Assembly: GCF_009834535.1 (NCBI RefSeq)
Contig: NC_045696.1
Location: forward strand, 72,666,001-72,730,000
Origin: Camelus ferus
Lineage: Eukaryota
Direction: 5' to 3'
DNA length: 64,000 bases
The notes beneath the pieces are model-generated. The model saw only the letters and a list, made by a program, of their open reading frames with translations. It was not told the origin of the DNA and did not search any database. Numbering within the stretch: position 1 is the first letter of the stretch; every line of letters starts with the position of its first letter. Made by a program: the position numbers and the translations under genes. This document shows, in pieces, positions 37,461 through 50,530 of the stretch.

Positions 37461-39009
37461 CATCAGGTGGATGGCAGTGCACTTTCACACGTACAGAAGT
37501 CCTTGAAGTAGGAAAGATAAACACAAGATTATGTAGAGAAGTATAGTCAACTGTGGTTTCCAACTATAATGGGAAATATGAATAGACTGAATAATTGAAA
37601 TAAATTGCATTTTCCTTTCTCTTGGTGACTAATTTATCTTCTGAATTTTGTTAAGACTGGATGGTAGATATTTTGTATTGCCCAAACACTCATCTTCATA
37701 TCAGAAAGGGAAAGTAACCCAAGAATATAGTAACTGGCAGAGGAAAACTCTTTTTTAAAAAAATTACAGATAAGACATAAATATTATCTGTACTTTATAC
37801 TATATTAAGTATTATATTAAAAATTAATAAAAGTTAATTATGTGTACAATATTTTAATAAATCATTTTTAAGTTGTGGTTTCTTACTGCTTCTAAAAGTA
37901 TCAGTGTTGATTACTGACATGGAAGTTTAGCTGCTATTTTATTAATTTATTCCTGCTCCAGTGAAGATGATATTTAAAAAAGAAGGCTAATTTTACCTAA
38001 TAATTTTTATTCCTTAAAGTACTAAGTAATGTATATAATGGAAGAAGAAACATAGAAAATTTTATGAAACTATTCTTGAATATAGGCTGCTACATGGAGA
38101 GTAACTGTGTAAGGAAATGAGATGATAATCAGCTGTGGAAAGAGTGGCTGCTACTATCACTTCTGTTTTCTCATATGTGCCATTTTCTATAAGGGTGCTT
38201 GCTTTATGATAAGGAGATAATTATTTTAAATCACATAAAGGGATGAATTTAAGGAGTGTTTCCCTATATGTATATACATGTGTATGTATACTTATATCTA
38301 TTTTCTATATTTAATAACTATGAACGAAATTTGATTGCCTACATATATGAAAATAAAAATAATAAAAACTCTTGGAAGATTTAGTCAGCTGGATCTATAG
38401 TTCCGTTTAGACAAAAATGTTTGGATAATTCTACTGCATTTGTTTTAACTTTCCGGAAAAAAAAAATGTTTTTAAATGGTTCTGGCTCTTGAATAAACCT
38501 GGTTCTCTGTCTTTCAACAACAAGATATATTAAGATCTAAGATTCTGTGTGGCTGCTAAGGTGTTTAAACCATTTCAGGCTCTGTACAGAGACACTTCAA
38601 GCAGCGGGAAAAAGTGAAGAATTTGATCTCCCAGGTGCTCATTTGGTGGATTTCTTTCCTTCCTCTCTCTCCCTTGCTTCTTTTCTCCCTTGTCTCCTTT
38701 CTTCCTCCCCTTCCCTTTTCCTTCTGTTTTTAACTGATTTCATGGAATTTCTTGAACGTTCCAGGGCCCTATAGTCAAACTACAGACAATCTATTTTGTT
38801 TATCCTTTTGTTCTCTGGAAATTTCTGTAACTGTACTTAACTTCCAAGATAAGCCCTTTGAACTTTTCTCACTGAATCAGTAATAAAACAACCGCTTCTT
38901 AATCAAAATAACTTTTAAATCCCAGAAAGAATAGAGTCCTTGCTCCAGAATTAAAGAGAGAAGAATCAGTTCTCAGGTGCTCTGGTATCTGACAAACTAT
39001 TGTAACTTT

Positions 39010-39112
39010 TTGTTTTGTTTTGTTTTGTTTTGTTTAGTGGAGGTACTGGGGATTGAACCCAGGACCTTGTGCATGCTAAGTACACACTCTATCACTGAGC
39101 TACACCCCCCAA
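39010..39112 (-). mobile_element. Camelid tRNA-derived SINE (Vic-1-like)
   Basis: GGAGGTACTGGGGATTGAACCCAGGACCTTGTGCATGCTAAGTACACACTCTATCACTGAGCTACACCCC with a (TTTTG)n tail. 13-bp TSD CTATTGTAACTTT at 38997-39009 and 39115-39127. Confidence 0.92.
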
Positions 39113-39129
39113 AGCTATTGTAACTTTGG

Positions 39130-39275
39130 ATTGAAAACCTCACTGAGACTCAGTTTCCTCATCTGTAAAACAAGATGCTAATAATCAGAGGGATGCTATA
39201 CAGTTGAAGTGAAATGGCATTTGTATAGCTCTTGGCAGAGAGCCTGGCATATAGCAAGTGCTCAATAAACAGTAG
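39130..39275 (+). mobile_element. MIR SINE 3' half
   Basis: CTCAGTTTCCTCATCTGTAAAA...CCTGGCATATAGCAAGTGCTCAATAAA. Confidence 0.8.
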
Positions 39276-41299
39276 TTCTCAGTTATTTAATATGTCACTT
39301 CCTTGTATGTGGGGTACAAACAATACTGAACTCACGCTACATGGAGTGACTGCCCAGGTTTTCAGTTATGTTGCTCCAGGTAGCCAAAGGACAATTACAG
39401 AACTCAGGGTAAATACATTTAATTCTCAGATGGCATGTTTGTTGACATTAGTCATTATATATAAACTGTGAAAATAGGAAGACAAGCAATTATGCCTAGA
39501 AATACTAGAACTTACAACAAAGACTTATTTTATGAAACGCATTTTATGTGTTAATTGTGGTCAGGAACTAAAAAAAATCAAAGATCTGATGAAAGATTAT
39601 GAAAATTGAAATGAGCTGTGAGAAAGAAACCTGCACAGACACTCCCAAAACACCTTTCCAAATATTCTGAACCCTGTTGTGTTCACATCTGTTTAGAGGG
39701 CTTACTACTGACCTAACAGAATTTCACTTATACCCTTAAAAAAAAAAAAAATAACATCTGCTGTGTTTAAACCACTTTTGAAAATCAGTTAAAAGAGCCT
39801 CGTGCACAATGGAGAAACAGATATTAGAACAGTCCTGTACTAAAACTTAAAGTTATGGCAAGAAAAATAAGAAAAGCTGCTCCAGCCTAACAAGTTGGAA
39901 ACAGAAGAAACAAGTTGAAAACAGAAAAAAAACAGGGGCCTTTCATCTGGGCTCATTTCTCTTTCTACCTGACTTTTTAAAAAACACACAAAAAAAACAA
40001 GAAAACCCAACAATAATTCTGTTTTACGAGTCTATGTCATTACACTATCAACAGTCAAATTATTTTTTGACCACTGAGTGACATGGAATCTGTCAACATA
40101 ACTCACCAAAATGTGAGCCAAGGAAGACTGGAAAACAAACTGAAAGTCTAGATTAGAGTGACTGTAGCTTCTTTGGAGCCATCCAAAACATCACCTTTGT
40201 CTTATTAAAAAAGAAAACCCCTTAGTCTGCTTTTCATAAGGGGGAACTGTTCCCTCAACCTATATAATTTCCCTGCCTTTGTTCCATGACACAGCTTCAT
40301 GTTTTAATATAGTAAATAAAGATGTGACTGGGAGTGCGGGAAGGTCAAGGCACACAGTTCTCTCCTTCCCTAAAGATCTTTTGGGGTTTCCGATCAATTC
40401 AGTCAAGGGCAAAATGAATTAATTAGTTGAAAGTGATATTTCAAATAAAACAATTAGCACTTTAATCCAGTTTTGTAGGGGGTGGGGACTACATCCAGTC
40501 TCCTGCCTTTTTTTGAAATGAATTTAATTTCAAAGTTAATTTTAAAAATTAAAAGCACAACTTTGAACCTCGACAAAAATATTTAACTATTTGTAGTGTG
40601 TGAATTTTTAATCTACTCATGCTGAGTGAATGAGAGAGTTTAGACAGATTTCCTCTGCCACTTTATTTAGGAAAAGAAAGAAAGAAAACAAACCAAAGTG
40701 GAGAGTGACATTCTGCTGCAGTTCTAAGAGGCATTCTGAAAATCCTCCTTGGCATTCTGTCAGCTACACAAATTATAGATTAGAGTATGCATCACCCAAA
40801 TGAGATGTAACGTGTAATACGTAATAAATGATTAATGTAAGAGGAAGTGAGCACTTTTCCTATGCCATATTGAGCATAAACATTCTAACTTATGTTAAAA
40901 CTTTTGAAATTATATAAATATATAATTCTATAAGTTGAATCAAAAGCATTAATAATATTACTTAATATTATGGATTATTTATGCAAGGATTCTGTAGTTG
41001 TGGGAGTTTGGGTTTTTTGTTTGTTTGTTTGTTTGTTTGTTTTTCCTAATCCTTAAAAATGTAAATACAGAATTAGTCCTTTAAGATTTTTTTTTGAAGA
41101 GGAGAACTGGAGTAGATTTTTAAATAATATTTCTTAGGACAAAAATCACTGCATCTTTGGTATCTGGGAAAGCTAGGTGCCACTCCAATTTTAATATATA
41201 TATAGTGTAATTTAGCAGAGTCCTTCAAAAGTGCTAACAGAAATTTAATGGAGGAGCACCACTGAGTATTATTGACTGATCTGTCAAAGAAAATGAATG

Positions 41300-41470
41300 C
41301 TGCGGACATAAACCAAACTGCAAAGCGAGTACCGACTACCGGTTTAAAACAGCCTCCCAACGTCAAGCCACATGAGCACCTGGTGAGGAGAGAACCGCAG
41401 GATTACTGATGCTTTTAGAGAGGCGGGGCCAAGTGGGTCCTGGTTAAATCTGATTGGTGCCCGTGTTTTA
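41300..41470. promoter_or_regulatory. Candidate CCAAT/GC-box promoter
   Basis: GAGGCGGGGCC GC box (~41420-41430), CTGATTGG NF-Y box (41450-41457), E-box CACCTG (41377-41382), and a local CpG cluster in AT-rich unique DNA. Confidence 0.5.
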
Positions 41471-43339
41471 GCCAGCCATCCTCAACCATTTTTTCCCCTT
41501 GGAAATATTAAGTCTGTTGCACCTAAGCCTAAATAATCACACACACTCATAACCTCCCTCCAACACGCACAGCACAATATTTAAGAAATAAGTAAGGGGC
41601 AAAATAACTTATTACTGAATGAAAACTTTCTTATTTCAGAGCCATTTTGCAGGCATTGCTCGAAGAACAACTTTAACAAAAGTATTTTCAGCCACATCAC
41701 TAATTGGTCTACTTTTACTCTTGGCTCTAATTTAAAACCAAAGGGGGGGAAAGTGATTTCAAAAGCACCTGCAATCTGACATGTGTGAGCAGAACTGAAA
41801 GTATTTTTTTCAAAATTGGATTAATTAGCATTATCAGAAAAACAAAGGGAACAAAGCCACCAGTAAGTAGTGCATTAATCATATTGGTAGTAATTAGTGC
41901 CACAATAGAAATACAAGGCAAAACAAAGAAGTTGGAAATAGTTCTGAAACTAGTCATATTTTGTAGGTATCATGAGCTAAGAAATAGACATAATTGGATG
42001 TGCAGAGAGGACAAGAATAAAGTAGAATCTCAAAAATCACATAAAGTTGAAAGACTCAACTGCATAAATCCTGAACCCCAGAGAAATGGAGAAATTGATG
42101 TATTTATAGTGTCTACTATCCAGAGTTTAAAAAAAATATAGACAGGAAAGAAGGAGACGGGGATGACGGGAATAACTGGAGGAACAGACTGTATTTCAAT
42201 TTTTAAAAGAAAAGTGAGCTTATGCCATTGTAACAAAGCTAATGCTAGGTCTAGCCAAACCTCAAATACGCAGGATCATTTTGAAATACAGAAATAGTGA
42301 GATTCCTTTTTGCTTTAAATATATGATTGGATTACACTTGAAAATGCAAAACGTTCCCCAAAGTGATAAAATATTAGTTATAACTTTTCAAGAATGGAAC
42401 AAATCATATGGTCACTTTCTTGGCCTTTGACTTTTCTGTATCAGAGTCTATTCCAAGAATCCTTTACAAAAGTGTTTCATAGGAAGATGCTGATTTGTGT
42501 TGATTCGTTTTACAGAGGAAAACTGAGCCCAGTGATGTCTGGAAGAATATGGATGAGAGGAAAACTAAAATTTTTCTTGTGGTCACTTTCCTGTGCTCCA
42601 ATTTTTCTTACCCAGAAAAAAAAAGTGGCAAAATCAATATCTAGTCTGAGTGTTACCTCCTTGAAGAAGGTTTTCTGGGGAGCACATGAGACAAAGGACT
42701 TTGTTTTTCTTCTTCTTTTTTTTTTTTTAAGGTGCATCTGGGAGCAGAGACAGGTGATGCTGAGTGGAGTTATTTTCTGCAGAGCCCTGGAGATAGGAAA
42801 GAAGGGACCTTGCAGAAACCACACAGAAGGGAGCTATTTGCCTGGGAGCTTCCCCTCTTACATGCCTTCTGGACCTTCCCTCTTGTTTTCAAGCTTCACC
42901 AAATACCTTCCCCAGTCTTTGAACCTTTCTTTTCAACACTCCCATCTCTTCCTCTCCCTGTACCTCCCTTCCCCATTGGATTATTGTCTTCCATTCCTCA
43001 CTTATCCCTCTCATTTCTTTTCTCTTCATGAACTTTTTCTACTTTCACATTTTATTTTAATGCTCTTCAGTAAGTGAGCCTGGGAGTTAGTCACCACCCA
43101 GCTCCCTCTGGCTCTCGCCTGCATCAAGTTGTTTTCCCAGTTCTGTAATTTCCCTGTTTATATGATGGTAACAGAAGCACTCATTATCTCAAGTCATCTC
43201 AGCATTTCACATTAAGAAAATGCAGTCAGCAAAATCCATTCTTACTTAATTTGGCTAATTAAGTAGGTAATATTTTTACTGGGTTTTGCAATATTAAGAA
43301 GAAAAGCTTTAGAAATATATCTCCAGAAAAGGTCCATTT

Positions 43340-44390
43340 GTAAAGAATAAATATGGCATTAGTCCCCTAGAAATTATAAAGGAAAAGGCTGATAACCCTG
43401 ATCATATTAAAATAAGAACTGCTCATGTGGACAAAAAATAAAGAAAGTTAAAATATTAAAAACATATTCGGAAGAAATTTGTCCAATATATAAGAAAAAG
43501 GATCAGTTTAATAAATACACAAACAGCCCTTATGAAATTAAGAAGAAAAATACAAATCATTCAATATAAAATGGACAAAGGACATAAATAGGCAAATTTT
43601 AGAAAATAAAATATAAATGGCTAGTAAATAAGTGTTCATCATGACTCATAATTATAAAAATGCAAATTAAAGTAATAATGTACCGCTTTTCATCTACCAG
43701 ATAAAGATTTTTAAAGTTTAGCAATGCTGTTGTTGACAAAAGCCTGGAGAAATGGGTGCTCATACGCATATACACTAAACAAACATTCACAAAGTTCTGC
43801 TCTGAAACACTGAAGATGGGATTGCAAATTGGTGCAAATTTTAGGAGGGCAATTTAGCAATATCTAACAAGATTTAAAATGCATACAACTTCTGACTTAG
43901 GGTACTATCTACACGTGAATTCATTGCTGCAATACTTTAATAGCAAAAAATGGAAAATGATCTAAGTGTCCTCCAATAAGGGAGACTAGTTAAATATATC
44001 ATAATTTTTATGCATATCATATGTGTACTGTGCATAACATTATACAGCTTTAGAAGGAATGTAATAGATCTATATAAGCTGATACAAAGAGCTATCTAAG
44101 ATATATTAAGTGAAAAGAAATCATACAGAGTATATAGCCATACCTTCTAGAACAATCCCAATTTGTAAAATAAGGAATATGTGTTATTTCTGTAATATGT
44201 TATGCATTAAAAATTTCTAAAAGGATACAGAAGAAACTGCTCCAGTTGTTACCCTTGGAGAATGGCAATAAGGGGTAAGGAGAAAGGGGATTTCATATCT
44301 TCACTTTATATCCTTCTGTCCTATTGAGTTTTTGTTTTGCAAAGAGTGTGTGCATTGCTGTTACAATCTTAAAACTAGTTTACAAAATAG
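43340..44390 (+). mobile_element. Old L1ME-like ORF2 end plus 3' UTR
   Basis: AAAATGGACAAAGGACATAAATAGGCAAATT, AAATGCAAATTAAAGTAATAATG, GGAGGGCAATTTAGCAATATCT, GGAAAATGATCTAAGTGTCC. Confidence 0.8.
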
Positions 44391-45039
44391 CCCATCACCA
44401 TGAACGTCTTGTCTTTACAAAAATTCACTTCAAAAGAGATAAAGAAATTCATTGGTATATGTAATTTTTGAAAAAATCCATGGATGAAACCAAAAAATAT
44501 TTTTTTCATAATCTTAGTATACATTTCATACATAGATAGAAATGCTATAGGAATAATTCAAACAGACTGTAAATGGATATTCATCCGGTTTGTCTGGAGG
44601 CAGCCTTTTCATTTATATGTTTGAATTTGTGAAATTAGGATCAAGAGCTAATTATAATAATCCTCTCAAATAAGACAGGAAAAAGTGTAATAGGTTCCTA
44701 GTCTTAGCAAATCTGAATTTTCATCATTTTTTGTAAAGTACCCTGCAATTTTAATAAGAAAGATTATATTTTAAAATTATTTAAATAAGACCCAGCACTT
44801 ACAGAATATTAAACCAAGGGCAGGTGACTCCCACATCCTTCAAGGGTGTCAAGTAAGTCAGAAAGAACACAGGCAGTGGATACAGACCCAGGTTCTATCG
44901 TAACTGGGCCTCTGGAAGCCAAACCCTTCATCTGTCTGAACCTTGGTTTTGTTAAGTCTGTAAAGAGAGATAATGATGCCCACCTCAGGAGCTACGTTTG
45001 GGAGGGATACAACTTGACCCCGGAAGGCAGCATGACCCT

Positions 45040-45275
45040 GTAAAGAGTGCACACTTTGGAGTCAGTTCTGACTTTGAATCTTCCCTCCACCACCACCACT
45101 AGCTAGTGTGAACTTGGGTAAGCTAATCTATCTTCTCTATGCTTCAGGTTTCTTATTTGGAAATTAGAGGTGACAATACATACATTTGTTAGGATGGTTT
45201 CAGAGATTTAAGAGGAAAGCAATGTAAAACGTTGAACTTCTCCTGGCACCTAGTTAATGCTGAGTGAATGTTAGT
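45040..45275 (+). mobile_element. MIR SINE, near full length
   Basis: ACTTTGGAGTCAG...TTTGAATCT...ACTAGCTAGTGTGAACTTGGGTAAG...CCTGGCACCTAGTTAATGCT. Confidence 0.8.
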
Positions 45276-45464
45276 CTCCGATTCACAAGAAGTATCATAA
45301 GAAGAGAGTTAATGGATACTAACCAGCCTAAACGATAGAGTCCCCCTCTTTTATCTCCTTGGTCTACAAAGAAAGCCAAGGAGGAAAGAAGAACAGAAAC
45401 TGTGACTTGTCCATACCTGGATTTATGAAGACCTCTGTCTAGAGATATGTCAGTTCTGCAAAAC

Positions 45465-46335
45465 TTCCTTTGTACTTCTGCTTCTGGCCAAAATAAAGTA
45501 ACAGGAGCTGGATTTACCCTCCCACTTGAAATAACCCCCAAATAGATAAAATATATGAAAACTAAGTTGTCAAGACACTGCATCAGGCAATGAAGGACAG
45601 CGATCCTGAGAGATGGTGACAAATGAGGTGAGCTCTACCATTGCCCTTATCTCCCTGCCTTGAGAGAGTTTCCAGGTTATGGTACAGGGAGTGAGGCTCC
45701 AGGTGGAGTGTAACAGACTCTGAATTGAGGAAACGGGGCTGAGAGTCTGGGAAGACCGTGGTGGCTAGAATTCACAGGATGGAGTGAGTACCAGAGATGA
45801 GAAAGCCGCTTAGAGAGAGAACTCCGGATAGCTGCAGATCTCTCTCAAATATTCAGCAAAACGCTGATCAACACATACATGTGAGGAAGCTACCTGAGGC
45901 CTGGGAAGGAACCACCAGAAAGGATTAGAGGTAAGTGCCCAGTACTGACAAAGGTTCATAACTGTGCCTGTTCCCATCAGCCAGACTGAGAACCCTCATT
46001 CTTTAAGGGCAATGGGCAGAGTAAACGAAAGAATCTTAACTCAGAAGTGGATAATAATTAGACTTAGACTAAATACTGCTCTGGTAATTGCTTTACAAGT
46101 CCTGACTGTAAGACCTCAAAAGGATAAAACTGTTTCTAAGTGACTTAACTATATCTACAAAACTTAAGATTATATTTAAGAATACAAAAATATCTAGCAC
46201 CCAACAAATTGAAGTCACAAAGTCTAGAATCCAGTAAAAAAAATTACCAGGCATACAAAGAAGCAGGAAAGGAAGAAGGGAAAATCAACCTATTAAATAT
46301 GATATAGAACTAACACAGATGATAGAATTAGCCAG
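45465..46335 (+). mobile_element. Old L1M 5' region (5' UTR to start of ORF1)
   Basis: ACTTCTGCTTCTGGCCAAAATAAAGTAACAGGAGCTGGATTTACCCTCCCACTTGAAA start; AAAAATTACCAGGCATACAAAGAAGCAGGAAA and ACAGATGATAGAATTAGC. Confidence 0.8.
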
Positions 46336-46959
46336 CGTTTCCTTTTTTTATTATCAGAGTTAATTCCCTCACAATTCCCATCTGTGCTTCACTCTCTGGA
46401 CTATATCTTCTTATGTTTTCATACGTTCATTCAACAAGTGTTTACTGAAGAGCCACTGTGTAGGAGAAGTAGTGTGCTAGGCACTCACTTTGCCTCTTTA
46501 ACAATCCTATAAGTTTTCAAGGCTGTTAATACTGCCCACACTTAACTATGAACATACTGGTCCAGAGAGGCTAAGGGACTTACCCAGGGTCATTGGCAGT
46601 GTTAGCTGACATGTTGGATGTAAACTCCAGTTCTTTGATTTGTGAATCTTTTTTTTTTTTTTTTGTAGAATCAGGCCCACTATGAATTCTCCATAAGTCT
46701 TAGTTTACCTTTCACTGTAACTGATGATCTTAAAAGTCCTGACCTTTGAATTCTTATGATCTTGGGATGTCACACTCTTAATTCTCTAGAACCCAGAAGC
46801 CCCAGTCCCTGTTCCCTGATGCAGCCACACCTGAGTTACTCCTGGATGGGAAACCAGTTCTTCCGTTGTCAGCATTCTAGGAACACATCTAGATGTGAAA
46901 TGTCAGCCTTCTGAAAGGACCATGTATTATTTAATAACAGCGAAGAAAAAGATGGTGAT

Positions 46960-47200
46960 AATAATAGGAAATAATTTCCTGGTGAATTATAGTTTACAAA
47001 CGGTTTTACATATATGATTGAAAATATAATCTTTACAACAAACCTGCTTGCAAAATGTTATCATCAGCATCCTCATCTCCATTTTACAGATGAGGAAACA
47101 CTTAGAAAGCTAAAGGAATCTTCCCAAGATCAGCAGCTTTTAAGAACCAAGAGTAGAATCCATGCCTATCTGATAACAAACCTCATGCCCTTTACTGACA
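46960..47200 (-). mobile_element. MIR SINE
   Basis: CTCCATTTTACAGATGAGGAAACA...TCCCAAGATCA. Confidence 0.75.
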
Positions 47201-50200
47201 GCTGTGGTCTGCCCCTTTCCCATTTGACAGATTATTGTGAACATAGCTGAGAAGGTCCATGCTTACTGCCAACTTTTCAAATTAAAAATCTACCCTCCCA
47301 TGTGATCTCTCAGCTTTCCTTTTGACCATATATAACTGTATAAAAGTTTTTTTTCCCCCAATTAAATCTACTCTTAAACCCTTAATAATTTAAATCCATT
47401 AATGATGAATGAATACTATGCCCTCATGTTTTTTGCATTTAAATGAAGATTTGGAAATTGGGCAGACTTTGCTGCTTTTTTTTTTTAAGATTTATAAAAC
47501 CACTATTATATTTTATGAAGCCAAACAGCCTGTAAAACTAAAGAGGACTAGCAGAAGCAAGACTTGGAAATATAAATGTTACCAACTTTCAGTCCGAGGA
47601 GTTCTTTGCTGCAAAGGAAAGAGAACAGAAATTCCTCTTTCTTTAAAAGTGCTGTTTTCTTGCCCTAGACCCCTCTTTCCTCCAGTTATGGGCAAGAAAA
47701 GGGGGCCACAAAATGAAGGATGAGGAGTAGAAGAACACTGTATTAAATAATGTTGTTCAAGGGGAAAAAAATCATTTGGGGAGGCTTCTTTTGCTTTCTG
47801 CTCACCTCCTACCTTACCATCCCTCCCACCCTCTCTGGAAACTCAGTGGGCTTTTTAGAGGGTGCCAAGTTTCTTAGTATTGAGTGTTTAGACTTAATTG
47901 GGAGATTGGAAGCATAGAGCAGTGCAAATCTGAATTTAGAATCAAACTCACAAGGCTCCCAGACTGTGGCTCTCACCACTAGAGGAATTTGACTGGTAAT
48001 TGCTGTGAGTCCCTCTTCTAATCTTATGCAAATCCACGTTCTTTTGCATTGAAAAAGTATTTTACATAGAATGAAAGAGAACTGCATCCTAAATTTTCTG
48101 GGCAGTACTTTGGAATATAACATACTCAAAAGACAAAGCTTTCACTGTTAACAACCACCCAAAGACATGGTAGGCAGCATGGTGTGGTTAGCGAACCCTA
48201 GCTGGCCTGGGAGCTGAGTTCCAGTTCTGACTGCACCTTATGCCCTTCAGGAAGTCACGCCTCTCCAGATCTCAATGTCCTGCCTGTAAAACAGAGGGGG
48301 TTGGGCGAGGTAACCCAGCTCTAGGTTGCTGTGTCTAAGATGAGCGCCATAATAAATAAAATGGAAGTGATCATATTAATACGTGGCAAAAAGACATTTT
48401 ATCCTGTGATCTTTCACCAGAGCAGGGAGAAGAAAACACCAGCAAGGTCTGAATTTACTTTCGCAGCATGTCACTGATCTTCTAAACCCACCCAGCAGGA
48501 GACATTTACTAAGAGGACATAGCATTTGGAAGAACTAACGCACCACCTCGAAGTGAGCTTCGTACCAGCAGGAGCAGCCCCTTTCATAGTAGTGTCTGCA
48601 GAACTGGTGATTCCACAACCGTGCTTCCTCAGCCACACTCTGAAGAACAAGTCTTTCTGGAGATTATAGAGTCAGTTACTGAATTTCCGTAGCATAGATT
48701 AGAATAACATTCAGCCCATTTAGAACCAGAGGTAAATGTACAGTTTCTCTTCAGATTCAAATATTTTTAGCGTGTTCACCTTTTATATTCTTAAGACAGT
48801 ATTACTTGTTGATGTTGCCACCTACTCTTATCTTATCTCACCCATCTTACCTTTCCTTCCCTTATCTCATCCTCTGAAGTCATTACACTAATATTAAGAC
48901 ACCTTCATAACAAAAGGCTTTCATTCTCAATAGGACCTTTCTAAATCCTCTTTCCCCTCTACCCTGATATAAACAGAACCTCGGTTCTCCTTTCTGAGTT
49001 AAGCATTTAGATGGAAGGAAAAAAAAAAAAAGACCAAGCAAATATTTTGTTGAACATGAGCAGATACACACGTGCACATACACCCAGCCCCAAACCAATG
49101 AGAAAAGCATGCCGCCCTGAATAGTGGGAAGGCCAAGGGAGTCCAGGCCTTTGTTTAAGCAGGTGCTTGGGAACGAGGAGACATCCGCCAGACTCAGGGC
49201 ATCGTGTGAAGATCTGGCTTCACTCATCGCTCGTTGTTGAGCACCGGGAGCAAAAATGTAGCAAATAATGCAAAGAAAATCCTTCGAAGAGATCTGGGCC
49301 CAGAAACTAATCCAGGCAAGTATGACTTGCGTCTGTAGTTTTATAAGGGCAGATTGCTTTGGTATTTAATTAGTGCCTGGGTGGGATCTGCATGTTGAAT
49401 TTAAGAAGAAAAACATTTCATTTTGGAGTCCCTGAGACGTCCTGAGCAGTCCGGGAAAGACACTGAATTGCTCATGGCAACCGCTCACCACAGTCACATC
49501 GGTGTTGCTGGCATTTTGTGAACTCGAGCACGCATAACGATGCGCCAAAGCAGAGCATGGCATTCGGATGAGAATATTCTATTTGCAAATATGAGTGAGA
49601 ATTAAAAATAGACGAGGAGTATAGGGGCCCTCCTTGGTGGGGATTATCCATCTCAACAGGTGTGTGGCAGGAATGAGAAGGGAGCTGGGGTCTTATTTAG
49701 CTGTAGGCTTTCAGTTTACTGGCAGAGGGTGCCGCTCCACGACCACCGGTGTTCCTGTGGGGAATGTGTATTAGTCCACCTGTGAGAATTCAGTCTAGTG
49801 CCCCCAGGGGGCAGGGAGGGAGGGAGGGAGGAAAGGAAGGAAGAGCAGTGGACCTCGATTAAACACCGGCTCTGTGGGAGCCATGCAGTGTGTGCTGACA
49901 GGCCGCGGGGCGGGGAAGGGCCAAGGGAGAGAAGGGAAGTAGAGTTGAGGGGCTTTTGACAGAACCGAGTTCCTGTTCCTACTTGCTTGGCCTGAAACTG
50001 CTCGTCCTCCACACTTTTTCTTTTCTTCCCTCTCTCTTCATCATCTGAGGTTTGCTTGTCACATCTCTCTCGAGCTCTGCTTTGACTTACCCTGGGTGGA
50101 GCTGAGGAAGGGGTGAGGATCCTGTCAGCCTCACCCAGCCTCTCTACTGAGGGGGAGGAAGACCCCAGGCTGTCAGGGGAGTGGACACAAGGCAAGAATG

Positions 50201-50309
50201 CAGCTAACGGGTGGACTCTGCTTGAGGGAGACCTGCTTTGGGCTGCAGGCCACTTAAGGCCATGGAATCTTGGGCAAATCACTGTTTTATTTTTCCTTTG
50301 AGCCCTACT

Positions 50310-50530
50310 GCACGTAGTGAAAAGCACAGGTTTGGAGCCTGCCCACCTAGGTTTAAATCCAGACTCTGCCATGTCGTAGCTGGGTGACCTTGGGAAAGTT
50401 ATTCAACCTCTTTGCCTCATTTCCTCATCTATAAAATAGGGGTGACAACATCTCCCTTATCAGGTTTGTGAGGATTAGAGGAGATACTGGGTGTAAACTG
50501 GCTTTACAATACCTGGCATAGAGTAAGTGC
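50310..50530 (+). mobile_element. MIR SINE, near full length
   Basis: CCTAGGTTTAAATCCAGACTCTGCCA...GCTGGGTGACCTTGGGAAAGTTATTCAACCTC...TTCCTCATCTATAAAATAGGG...CCTGGCATAGAGTAAGTGCTC. Confidence 0.9.

Noticed and set aside
39030..39112. tRNA-like A/B boxes
   Set aside because: Belong to a tRNA-derived SINE with tail and TSD; not a functional tRNA gene.
42394..43077. 227-aa plus-strand ORF
   Set aside because: Runs through poly-T and CT-rich low-complexity sequence, has biased F/L/S composition, and shows no recognisable homology.
49716..50372. 218-aa minus-strand ORF
   Set aside because: Starts inside an antisense MIR and crosses GA-rich low complexity; no recognisable protein.
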